Assembly: GCA_035571515.1 (NCBI GenBank)
Contig: DATNCQ010000033.1
Location: 19,966 to 43,965, forward strand
DNA: 24,000 nt
DNA from: Vicinamibacterales bacterium
Lineage (GTDB): Bacteria > Acidobacteriota > Vicinamibacteria > Vicinamibacterales > UBA2999
Direction: 5' to 3'
Positions 8,399-15,729 of the stretch are shown piece by piece. A program made the position numbers and the translations under genes. Position 1 is the stretch's first letter. Each line of letters opens with the position of its first letter. A model generated the notes under the pieces. The model did no database searches. It saw nothing but the letters and a program-made list of their open reading frames with translations, and was not told where the DNA came from.

Positions 8399-9783
8399 GG
8401 CCGCCCGGGCGGACGTCGCGCCGCCGCCGCGCATTCATCGAGCACCTCTCCTATCTGATCGATCGCCCAGGCGGTCTCTTCTTCCGTGATGACGTACGGC
8501 GGCATGAAGTAGAGGATGTGGCCGAGCGGCCGCAGCAGCAGGCCGCGATCGAGGAACGCGGCGGCGAGCCGCGGACCGATGTCGTCGAGGTACCCGCCCG
8601 CGGTCCGGGTTGTCCTGTCGGACACCAGCTCGATCGCGCCAACGCCACCGATCACCCGTAGGTCGCCAACGAGCGGATGATGCGCGAGCGGCGCGAGCCC
8701 CGCGCGCAGCTGCGCTTCGAGGCGCGCCACGCGATCGAGCGTGCGATCGCGTTCGAACAGGTCGAGGCTGGCGAGCGCGACGGCGCAGGCGAGCGGGTTC
8801 GCGGTGAACGAGTGGCCGTGGAAGAAGGTGCGGCCGCGGTCGTCGCTGAGGAACGCGTCGTACACCGCATCGGTCGTGCACGTGGCGCCGAGCGGGAGGT
8901 AGCCGGCGGTCAGCGCCTTCGACAGGCAGATGATATCGGGCGTGACGGCCGCGTGCTCGCACGCGAACATGCGCCCCGTGCGGCCGAACCCGGTCAGCAC
9001 TTCGTCCGCGATCATCAGCACGCCGAAGCGATCGCAGAGCCTGCGGACGCCCGACAGGAATTCCGCCGGCCACACGATCATGCCGCCCGCGCCCTGCAGC
9101 ATCGGCTCGACGAGAACCGCGGCCGCAGTCGCGCCAAGCTCGGACAGCTTCTCCTCCAGATCGCCGAGACACTCCACGCGGCAGGTCGCACGCTCGAGCC
9201 CGAGCGGGCAGCGGTAGCAGTACGGCGCGTGCGCGCGGGTGACCGGGAACAGGAGCGAGGCGAACGCGCGGGTGAAAATCGAATCCTCGCTGACCGACAT
9301 CGCGCCGACCGTGTCGCCGTGATACGCGTGGTGCAGCGTGACGAAGGCCGTCCGCTGCGGCTCCCCCTTGTTGATCCAGTACTGGACGGCCAGCTTGACC
9401 GCCACCTCGACGGCCGTGGATCCGTTGTCCGAGTAGAAGACGCGGGTGAGGCCCCGGGGCAGCAACGCGACGAGCCGCTCCGCGAGATCGACGGCCGGCG
9501 GATGCGTGCAGCCGGCAAACATCACGTGCTCGACCCGCGCGGCCTGCTCCGCGAGCGCGGCGTTGAGCGCGGGATGCGAGTGGCCGTGGATGTTCACCCA
9601 CCACGACGAGATGCCGTCGAGAATCCTGCGGCCGTCTTCCGTGTGGAGGTAGACGCCGCGGGCACCGACGATCGGCAGCGGCGGCGGCGCCGTCCGCATC
9701 TGCGTGTAGGGATGCCAGACCAGTGCGCGATCGCGGTCGAGCAGCCTTGGCGGACCTGAAAAGGTCCGCCCTGCAGCGGTCAT
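8395..9783 (-). CDS. bioA: Adenosylmethionine-8-amino-7-oxononanoate aminotransferase (462 aa)
   Basis: WHPYTQM, SWWVNIHGHSHP, DEVLTGFGRTG and LSKALTAGYLPL (PLP lysine) are collinear with E. coli BioA as I recall it. The ATG at 9781-9783 overlaps the bioD TGA (ATGA). The ORF extension up to 10137 was rejected. Confidence 0.9.
   Translation of the reverse strand: MTAAGRTFSGPPRLLDRDRALVWHPYTQMRTAPPPLPIVGARGVYLHTEDGRRILDGISSWWVNIHGHSHPALNAALAEQAARVEHVMFAGCTHPPAVDLAERLVALLPRGLTRVFYSDNGSTAVEVAVKLAVQYWINKGEPQRTAFVTLHHAYHGDTVGAMSVSEDSIFTRAFASLLFPVTRAHAPYCYRCPLGLERATCRVECLGDLEEKLSELGATAAAVLVEPMLQGAGGMIVWPAEFLSGVRRLCDRFGVLMIADEVLTGFGRTGRMFACEHAAVTPDIICLSKALTAGYLPLGATCTTDAVYDAFLSDDRGRTFFHGHSFTANPLACAVALASLDLFERDRTLDRVARLEAQLRAGLAPLAHHPLVGDLRVIGGVGAIELVSDRTTRTAGGYLDDIGPRLAAAFLDRGLLLRPLGHILYFMPPYVITEEETAWAIDQIGEVLDECAAAARRPPGRP
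9749..9770. repeat. REP-like perfect hairpin inside bioA codons 5-12
   Basis: GGCGGACC tgaaaa GGTCCGCC (8-bp stem, 6-nt loop). On the coding strand it encodes GRTFSGPP. It is related to the palindromes at 2059-2080 and 8365-8398. Confidence 0.8.
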
Positions 9784-10442
9784 CGCAGGCCTCCGACAAA
9801 GAGCACGCCCGAACGATCGAACTCGGCGTGCACCCACCGCTCGAGCGCGTCGGGCGTCAGTGGATCGAAGCGCGGCATCTGCGCAATGACCTCCGCCGCG
9901 CCGTATGTCTCGATGGCCAGCCGATTCTCGTCGTTCGCATCGCCGACCATGACGACGCCGGCGACGCGCAGCCTGCGGCGCCGCAGCGCCTCGACGGTCA
10001 TCAGCGTGTGGTTGATGGTGCCGAGCGTCGAGCGCGCCGCGACCAGCACCGGCAGATCGAGCGCGCACATCAGGTCCGCCATCGTTTCGCGCTCGTTGAG
10101 CGGGACGAGCACCCCGCCCGCTCCCTCGACGATCCAACGCGTGTCGTCACCGCCACCGTTGATGTGCTCGAGCAGCGAGCGCACGGTGATGCGCGTGCCC
10201 GCCAGGCGTGCCGCGAGATGCGGCGACACCGGGTGCGGCAGCCGCACGCCCTGGTCGTGGATCGCCGGCATCCCCGCCAGCCGCGCCACCTCGCGCGCAT
10301 CGTCATCGTGCTCGATGCCGGTCTGGACCGGCTTCCAGTACTTGAGCGGCGCCTCGCCGCGATAGCGCACCATCAGCGCGGCGGAGAGCACGGTCTTCCC
10401 GACGTTGGTGTCGGTGCCTGTAACGAAAATGCCCCGCTGCAT
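9780..10442 (-). CDS. bioD: Dethiobiotin synthetase (220 aa)
   Basis: N-terminal P-loop MQRGIFVTGTDTNVGKT. EGAGG motif. Typical size. Lies between bioF and bioA. Confidence 0.9.
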   Translation of the reverse strand: MQRGIFVTGTDTNVGKTVLSAALMVRYRGEAPLKYWKPVQTGIEHDDDAREVARLAGMPAIHDQGVRLPHPVSPHLAARLAGTRITVRSLLEHINGGGDDTRWIVEGAGGVLVPLNERETMADLMCALDLPVLVAARSTLGTINHTLMTVEALRRRRLRVAGVVMVGDANDENRLAIETYGAAEVIAQMPRFDPLTPDALERWVHAEFDRSGVLFVGGLR

Positions 10443-10502
10443 GCTCTACCCGTGGTCTCTCAGACCGATCCTCATGATCCGCCACCTGCTCGTGCGGCCG
10501 AT

Positions 10503-11657
10503 CTACAGACCAGCCCCGACACCGGCTTCGCGTGCGAGCGCCGACGCCAGCGCCGGCACGAACCGATCGATCAGGTCGTCCGTGAGGTTGACGTTGACCG
10601 AGATGCGCAGCCGCGCGGTCCCGGGCGGCACGCTCGGCGGGCGGATGGCGCGCACGTCGAAGCCGTCCGCCTGCAGCGCCTCCGCCACGGCGATGGCGGC
10701 GGCGTTGTCGCCGATGAAGATCGGGATGATGTGCGAGGAGCCTGCGCCCGCCGGGACGCCGGCCGTCGCCAGCCGCGCGCGGAGGCGCTCGACCGTCGCG
10801 CGCAGGCGCGCGCGCCGCTGCGGCTCCCCTTCGACGATGTCGAGGCTCGCGTCGAGCGCGGCGGCGAGCGAGGGCGGCGGCGCCGTCGAGAAGACGAACG
10901 GCCGCGCGCGCTGGACGAGGTAGTCAATCGCCCATGCCGGGCCGGCGACGAACGCGCCGGCGGCGCCGAGCGCCTTCCCTGCGGTGTTGATGGAGAGGAA
11001 GACGCGGTCCGCGACACCGCGCTCCTCGGCCAGCCCCGTTCCACGCTCGCCGTAGATGCCGACGGCATGCGCCTCGTCCACGATCAGGTGCGCGCCGGTC
11101 GCGGCGCACGCCGCCGCGTACTGCACCAGCGGCGCCTCGTCTCCGTCCATGCTGAAGAGCGACTCGACGACGACAAAGGAGTGACCCGCCTCTGCCGCCC
11201 TGCCGGCCCGCAGCAGGCGCCGCACCGTGGCGACGTCGTTGTGCGCGACGATCTCGCGCCTCGCCGGCGAGAGCCGGATGCCGTCGATCAGGCTCGCGTG
11301 GTTCCGCTCGTCCGACACGATGACGTCGTCGCCCTCCGCGAAGGTCGTCATCACGGCGAGGTTCGCCAGGTAGCCGCTCGAGAAATAGAGCGCGCGTTCC
11401 GTTCCCTTGAAGCGCGCGAACCGCGCCTCGAGCGCCGCGAAGCCGTCGCGCTCGCCGCGCAGCAGGCGCGAGCCGGTGCTGCCGACGCCCTCGCGGCCGA
11501 TGGCCGCCGTCATCGCGTCCTTGATGCGCGGGTCGGCGGCGAGCCCCAGGTAGTCGTTCGACGACAGGTCGACGCCGGAGGGGGGCCGCAGCGCGCGCAG
11601 GAGACCGTGCTCTTCGAGACCGCGCATCCGCGCGCGAATGCGATCAGAGAGACTCAT
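10503..11657 (-). CDS. bioF: 8-amino-7-oxononanoate synthase (384 aa from the ATG at 11657)
   Basis: [24 protein letters not shown] and [11 protein letters not shown] (PLP lysine). The start is ambiguous: the ATG at 11657 overlaps bioB by 14 nt, and the alternative at 11711 overlaps it by 68 nt. Confidence 0.85.
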   Translation of the reverse strand: MSLSDRIRARMRGLEEHGLLRALRPPSGVDLSSNDYLGLAADPRIKDAMTAAIGREGVGSTGSRLLRGERDGFAALEARFARFKGTERALYFSSGYLANLAVMTTFAEGDDVIVSDERNHASLIDGIRLSPARREIVAHNDVATVRRLLRAGRAAEAGHSFVVVESLFSMDGDEAPLVQYAAACAATGAHLIVDEAHAVGIYGERGTGLAEERGVADRVFLSINTAGKALGAAGAFVAGPAWAIDYLVQRARPFVFSTAPPPSLAAALDASLDIVEGEPQRRARLRATVERLRARLATAGVPAGAGSSHIIPIFIGDNAAAIAVAEALQADGFDVRAIRPPSVPPGTARLRISVNVNLTDDLIDRFVPALASALAREAGVGAGL

Positions 11658-12603
11658 AGGCGGGCGGCTGCAGCTGCATCCCGAGCCGATCGAGGAGCGA
11701 GCGATCGGCATCCGGCGCCGGGTTCGGCGTCGTCAACAGGCGGTCGCCGAGGAATACCGAGTTGGCGCCGGCGATGAAGCAGAGCGCCTGCGCCTCGTCC
11801 GAGAGGGAGAGCCTGCCGGCGCTGAGGCGCACGTAGGAGCGCGGCATCATGATGCGCGCGGTGGCGACGAGGCGCACGAGATCGAACGGATCCACCGGCG
11901 GCCTGCCGCCGAGCGGCGTCCCTTCGACCGCGACCAGCATGTTGATGGGCACGCTCTCGGGGTGCGGGTCGAGCGCGGCCAGCTGCTGCAGCAGGCCGAG
12001 GCGCGCCTCCGTACTCTCCCCCATGCCGATGATGCCGCCGCAGCAGACGGTGATCCCCGCCGCGCGCACGCGGCCGAGCGTCGCGAGGCGATCGGCGTAG
12101 GTGCGCGTCGTGATGATCTCGCCGTAGAACTCCGGCGAGGTGTCGAGATTGTGGTTGTAGGCGGTGAGGCCGGCGTCGGCGAGCGCGTCCGCCTGGTCCT
12201 GCTGGAGCATGCCGAGCGTGCAGCAGGCCTCCATGCCGAGCGCGCGCACACCGCGGACCATGTCGAGGACGCGGTCGAACTGCGGGCCGCGCGGCACGTC
12301 GCGCCATGCCGCCCCCATGCAGAAGCGCGTGGCCCCCTGTGCCCGCGCGGCGCGCGCCGCCGCGAGCGCCTCGTCCACGGCGACCAGCTCGCTCCGCGCG
12401 ACGCCGGTCCTGTAGTGCGCCGACTGCGGGCAATACGCGCAGTCCTCGGGGCACCCGCCGCTCTTGATGTTGAGGAGCACCGAGCCCTGTACCTCGTTCG
12501 GCGAGTGATGCTTGCGGTGAACGAGTTGTGCCTGGAACAGCAGGTCGATGAAGGGGGCGCGGTAGATCTCGTCGATCTCGGAGAGCGACCAGTCGTGCTT
12601 CAC
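11644..12603 (-). CDS. bioB: Biotin synthase, radical SAM (319 aa)
   Basis: CPEDCAYC (CxxxCxxC) cluster motif, the YNHNLDTS region and [11 protein letters not shown] start at 12601-12603. Confidence 0.9.
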   Translation of the reverse strand: MKHDWSLSEIDEIYRAPFIDLLFQAQLVHRKHHSPNEVQGSVLLNIKSGGCPEDCAYCPQSAHYRTGVARSELVAVDEALAAARAARAQGATRFCMGAAWRDVPRGPQFDRVLDMVRGVRALGMEACCTLGMLQQDQADALADAGLTAYNHNLDTSPEFYGEIITTRTYADRLATLGRVRAAGITVCCGGIIGMGESTEARLGLLQQLAALDPHPESVPINMLVAVEGTPLGGRPPVDPFDLVRLVATARIMMPRSYVRLSAGRLSLSDEAQALCFIAGANSVFLGDRLLTTPNPAPDADRSLLDRLGMQLQPPAYESL

Positions 12604-12611
12604 GGCGCGCC

Positions 12612-12617
12612 ATTATA
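12612..12617 (-). promoter_or_regulatory. Perfect TATAAT hexamer 8 nt upstream of the bioB GTG
   Basis: The minus strand reads ctggaTATAATggcgcgccGTG. No good -35 and no Shine-Dalgarno between the hexamer and the start. Confidence 0.35.
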
Positions 12618-12653
12618 TCCAGCGAAGCGCCTCCGGCCGGTAGATGGCTCAGC

Positions 12654-12682
12654 TTGCACGGGGCATGCTTGACGTCTATTCT
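12654..12682 (+). promoter_or_regulatory. Candidate sigma70-type promoter for the MEDS gene
   Basis: TTGCAC (12654-12659), a 17-nt spacer, then TATTCT (12677-12682), about 40 nt upstream of the GTG at 12724. Confidence 0.3.
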
Positions 12683-12723
12683 GCGAAGAGGCGTCGCCCC
12701 CTCGGCGCCGGATCGAACTGAAC

Positions 12724-13326
12724 GTGGCGCCCAAGCCTGCTGGTCTGCACGATTCCTCCGCTCCTTCCCACGCGACTGCGCATATGGTGCAGCTGTTCGA
12801 CGCGCCGCGCTCGCTCGCCGACGCCGTCTCGCACTTTCTCATCGAGGGGCGCGCCCGCGGCGAGCACCTGCTGGTGATCGCGCGCGCGTCGCACTGGCAG
12901 CTGATTCGCGCCTACCTCGAACGGCGCGCGTTCCCGGTCGACGACAGCACCGACGGGCTGACCGTGATTGACGCCCGGAAGATTCGCATGCGCATGATGC
13001 GGCGCGGCCTCATCGACCCGGGGCGCATGGAGGATACGCTCGGCACGATGCTGTCGGAGCTGTCCCAAAGCTCGCGCGGCCTCCGCGTCTACGGCGAGAT
13101 CGTCGAGCTGTTCGCGGAAGAAGGCAACTTCGAGCAGGCGTGCGCGCTCGAGGACTACTGGAACCACCTGCACGGGAAACACCGCTTCACGCTGCTGTGC
13201 GGCTATTCGGCCGCGCACTTCGCCGACCCGCGGAACGCGCAACACCTGCGCGACGTCTTCGGCCGCCACACGGCGGTGAAGTCGCAGTCGGCCGACTCGC
13301 TCGGCAGCTGGCTGGCCACCCGCTGA
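12724..13326 (+). CDS. MEDS-domain protein (200 aa)
   Basis: HMVQLFDAPRSLADAVSHFLIEGRARGEHLLVIA... and ...RVYGEIVELF...LLCGY match the MEDS sensory-domain pattern. GTG start at 12724; an ATG at 12784 is an alternative. Confidence 0.65.
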   Translation: MAPKPAGLHDSSAPSHATAHMVQLFDAPRSLADAVSHFLIEGRARGEHLLVIARASHWQLIRAYLERRAFPVDDSTDGLTVIDARKIRMRMMRRGLIDPGRMEDTLGTMLSELSQSSRGLRVYGEIVELFAEEGNFEQACALEDYWNHLHGKHRFTLLCGYSAAHFADPRNAQHLRDVFGRHTAVKSQSADSLGSWLATR

Positions 13327-14141
13327 CCCCGCCTGCGGATGTCTCGTGGCGCGTCAACGCCGAGCGCCTCGTCGTGCTCAGCTGGCTGCGCGCCATCCTC
13401 CTCCAGCTCGCGCATCCGCTCGTTGCCGCCGGCGTCGCCGAGCACAGCACCTTCCGCGGCGGCGCGTCAGCTGCGCTGTCGCGGCTGCACCAGACCGTCG
13501 GCGCCATGCTGGCCATCACCTTCGGTGACGACGAGGCGTGCGAGCGCGCGCTCGAGGGCATCCGCGTCATTCACCGCCGCGTCCACGGATCGCTGCGCGA
13601 GCCGTGCGGCGGCTACCCCGCCGGCACGCCCTACTCCGCCGAGGACCCGGGGCTGCTGCTGTGGGTGCATGCGACGCTCATCGATTCCGTCGTGCGCGTG
13701 TACGGAGAGCTGGTGGCGCCGCTCGCCGGCGCCGATCGGGACGCCTACTGCGCGGACGCCGCCGCTGCGGCGACTGCGCTCGGCGTCAACGCGCGCGACG
13801 TGCCGCGCTCGTGGCACGCGCTCCAGGATTACCTCGACGTCCAGCTGGCTTCGGGCGCGATCCAGCCTTGCGCGCAGGCGCGGCAGCTGGCGGCAGCGCT
13901 GCTCGCGCCGTCGCGCGCCTTCGTCGCGCGTCCGGCCCATACACTCCTGCGGCTCATCGCGGCGGGACTGCTGCCCGCGGACGTGCGCCGCGGCTATGGA
14001 TTGGAATGGAGCGCGCGGCGGGAGCGGGCGTTCAGGGCGCTGATGACGACGCTGCGCATGACGCGGCGCGTCGCGCCTCGTCGCGTGGCCTGGTGGCCGG
14101 CGGCGCGAGCCGATCGCTCAGGGCCGCCGCGCCGGGCCTGA
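13140..14141 (+). CDS. MpaB/DUF2236-family oxygenase-like protein; start codon uncertain
   Basis: RVNAERLVVLSWLRAILLQLAHPLVAAGVAEHSTF...RLHQT...IRVIHRRVHG...DPGLLLWVHATL fits DUF2236. The conserved region starts near 13350. In-frame starts are only GTG 13140, GTG 13197, CTG 13323 and GTG 13374. The 3' end overlaps the convergent Crp gene by 24 nt. Confidence 0.7.
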   Translation: MRARGLLEPPARETPLHAAVRLFGRALRRPAERATPARRLRPPHGGEVAVGRLARQLAGHPLTPPADVSWRVNAERLVVLSWLRAILLQLAHPLVAAGVAEHSTFRGGASAALSRLHQTVGAMLAITFGDDEACERALEGIRVIHRRVHGSLREPCGGYPAGTPYSAEDPGLLLWVHATLIDSVVRVYGELVAPLAGADRDAYCADAAAAATALGVNARDVPRSWHALQDYLDVQLASGAIQPCAQARQLAAALLAPSRAFVARPAHTLLRLIAAGLLPADVRRGYGLEWSARRERAFRALMTTLRMTRRVAPRRVAWWPAARADRSGPPRRA

Positions 14142-14867
14142 GGCGCTCGAGCTCGCGCGGTTCACGAGCGCCGTCACCGTCCGGTAGCACTCACACGAGG
14201 CATCCTCCAGCCCGGCACGATCGACCACGGCGACGCGGCCGCGCCGGTAGGTGATGAGGCCTGCCTTCTGCAGTGTCGCGGCGACCAGGCTCACCGTTGG
14301 CCGCGTGACGCCGAGCATCATCGCCGCGAACTCCTGCGTCAGGTCGAACGAATCCTTCTCGACCCTGTCGTGCGCCATCAGCAGCCACCGCGCCAGGCGC
14401 TGTTCGACGGTGTGCACCGCGTTGCAGGCGGCCGATTGCATCACGCTGCCGACGAGCGCCTGCGTGAACCGGGCCGTGAGCTCGTAGAACGCTCCGCGGC
14501 GATCCGCCTCCGCCCGGTATGCGGCGACGCTCATTCTGAAGCAGGGATCGATATGTGCCTGCACCATCGTCACGTGCGTCGCCGGTGTCGCGTCGAGCAC
14601 GGCGGCCGTGCCGACGACGCCCTCGCGGCCCACCGTGGCAACTTCGATCAACCGTCCATCTTCGAGCACCGCCAGTACGGAACAGAACCCGCTTCCGGGA
14701 AAGTACAGGTGCTCGATCATCTCGCCGGGCTTGTGCAGAATTTCCTTGACGGTGGCGGGAACGATCTCGAGGGACTTTCGAATGCGCGCGTAGTCCTCTC
14801 GAGGCAGAAACGCGAGAAGACGGTTGGGGTTGTCTCTCGGAGCGAGAGGAGCGGACGGACCTGGCAT
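14118..14867 (-). CDS. Crp/Fnr-family transcriptional regulator (249 aa), paralog 1
   Basis: A cNMP-binding-like beta-roll (HLYFPGSGFCSV...EVATVGREGVVG) and a C-terminal HTH (LTQEFAAMMLGVTRPTVSLVAATLQKAGLI). The C-terminus carries an SCECY motif. Confidence 0.85.
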   Translation of the reverse strand: MPGPSAPLAPRDNPNRLLAFLPREDYARIRKSLEIVPATVKEILHKPGEMIEHLYFPGSGFCSVLAVLEDGRLIEVATVGREGVVGTAAVLDATPATHVTMVQAHIDPCFRMSVAAYRAEADRRGAFYELTARFTQALVGSVMQSAACNAVHTVEQRLARWLLMAHDRVEKDSFDLTQEFAAMMLGVTRPTVSLVAATLQKAGLITYRRGRVAVVDRAGLEDASCECYRTVTALVNRASSSASGPARRP

Positions 14868-14922
14868 CGGTGGCCCACCCCTATCTCATCCCGGACCGGG
14901 GGCCGTCTGTCACGAACCCGAC

Positions 14923-15020
14923 GCAACTTTTATGTAAGGAACCCGACAGACAGAGCGGCCATTCCGTGTCAGAAACTGGACATTTGGAGGGCAACTTATG
15001 TAACCGATCGAACAGACGGG
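14923..15020. promoter_or_regulatory. Two copies of a ~30-nt direct repeat in the low-GC divergent control region
   Basis: GCAACTTTTATGTAAGGAACCCGACAGACAG (14923 onward) versus GCAACTTATGTAACCGATCGAACAGACGG (14991 onward). Also GAACCCGAC twice (14914-14922 and 14939-14947), and GTCTGTC / GACAGAC inverted at 14906-14912 and 14945-14951. Confidence 0.5.
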
Positions 15021-15068
15021 GGGGGCGAATTTTTCTATCTTTTTCTGACTGACCGCGGGAGAACTGTC

Positions 15069-15719
15069 ATGGATCGTGGTTCTGTTGCCGCCTCGCATCT
15101 TTCATCCCTATCCCAACCACAACTGGGCGTGCGGATCCCGACTCCGGGGCCGGCGGCCGCGCCGAGCTACGAGATCCTGCTGGTCGGAGAGGAATCGAGC
15201 GCCTCCTCGCACGCGCGGGTGCTTCGCGCGAGCTACCGGGTCGCCACGACGATCAACACCGACGTGGCCGTGCAATACATCACGAAGAGCGCCCCGACGC
15301 TCGTCGTCATCGAAGCGGATGCGGTGGGCGACGGCGCGAAGCAGATTTGTCTCACGGCGAAGTCCGCGTCGGTTCCTCCAACCACGCTCGTGACCGCGAC
15401 ACACGCGGAAGCGGCGCCCGAGGTGCTGAAAGCCGGCTGCGACGCGATACTGCTGAAGCCGTTTGCCCCCAACCTCCTGTACTCGCGCATCGGCCGCCTG
15501 CTGCGCGACCGCGCCGACCGGCTTCGCGCGCGCACGCGGACATCCAACGGCTCGAACGGTTCGGAGCCGCTCGCCACGACCAATCGCGTGTGGCCGGCGA
15601 CGAATTGTCCGGCGTGCGATCGTCCTGGCGTGGTGAGCTTCGAGTTCAGCAGCCATCGGCGCGCGTGGTACGCATGCCTCGGCTGCAAGGCGGTCTGGAT
15701 CCAGAAGCGCCAGGAGTAA
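15069..15719 (+). CDS. Receiver (REC)-like domain protein with a C-terminal CxxC...CxxC zinc-ribbon (216 aa)
   Basis: ATG at 15069 preceded by GGGAGA. REC landmarks: ILLVGEE (acidic pocket GE/EE instead of DD), VVIEAD, LVTAT, LLKPF. C-terminus is NCPACDRPG...YACLGCKAVW. The longer ORF from 14370 was rejected. Confidence 0.65.
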   Translation: MDRGSVAASHLSSLSQPQLGVRIPTPGPAAAPSYEILLVGEESSASSHARVLRASYRVATTINTDVAVQYITKSAPTLVVIEADAVGDGAKQICLTAKSASVPPTTLVTATHAEAAPEVLKAGCDAILLKPFAPNLLYSRIGRLLRDRADRLRARTRTSNGSNGSEPLATTNRVWPATNCPACDRPGVVSFEFSSHRRAWYACLGCKAVWIQKRQE

Positions 15720-15729
15720 CGGGGAGGCG

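Noticed and set aside
9784-10137. A 118-aa N-terminal extension of the bioA ORF (ORF track 8395..10137)
   Set aside because: It lies entirely within bioD in another frame and is Arg/Gly/Ala-rich. Homology to BioA begins just after the ATG at 9783, which forms an ATGA overlap with the bioD stop.
9723-11777. Large alternative-frame or antisense ORFs, e.g. 9723..11777 (684 aa), 778..2121 (447 aa), 453..1415, 8435..9799, 11654..12613, 6322..7656, 17969..19096 and 13339..14043
   Set aside because: All overlap genes with clear family signatures. Their translations are dominated by Arg, Ala, Gly, Pro and Asp runs typical of off-frame translation of GC-rich coding DNA. No motifs were recognised.
12604-12723. 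BirA/BioQ/BioR operator upstream of bioB
   Set aside because: No TTGTAAACC-type inverted repeat or other convincing dyad was found. Only a weak 5-bp GGCGC/GCGCC pair flanks the TATAAT.
13291-13326. Programmed -1 frameshift fusing the MEDS ORF to the MpaB frame
   Set aside because: The last codons of the MEDS frame (gcc gac tcg ctc ggc agc tgg ctg gcc acc cgc tga) contain no X XXY YYZ slippery heptamer. No obvious downstream stimulatory structure was seen.
15018-15025. G8 homopolymer as a phase-variation (slipped-strand) switch for the REC gene promoter
   Set aside because: At this base composition, a simple composition-based estimate predicts several G or C runs of this length in 24 kb, and a G7 run occurs at about 20169-20175. 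I also could not place the G8 run convincingly in a -35/-10 spacer. It is kept only as a detail of the control-region finding.
14370-15068. A 233-aa N-terminal extension of the REC-zinc-ribbon ORF (ORF track 14370..15719)
   Set aside because: It is antisense to Crp paralog 1 and then reads through the low-GC intergenic region. The ATG at 15069 has a GGGAG SD, and the REC domain starts shortly after it.
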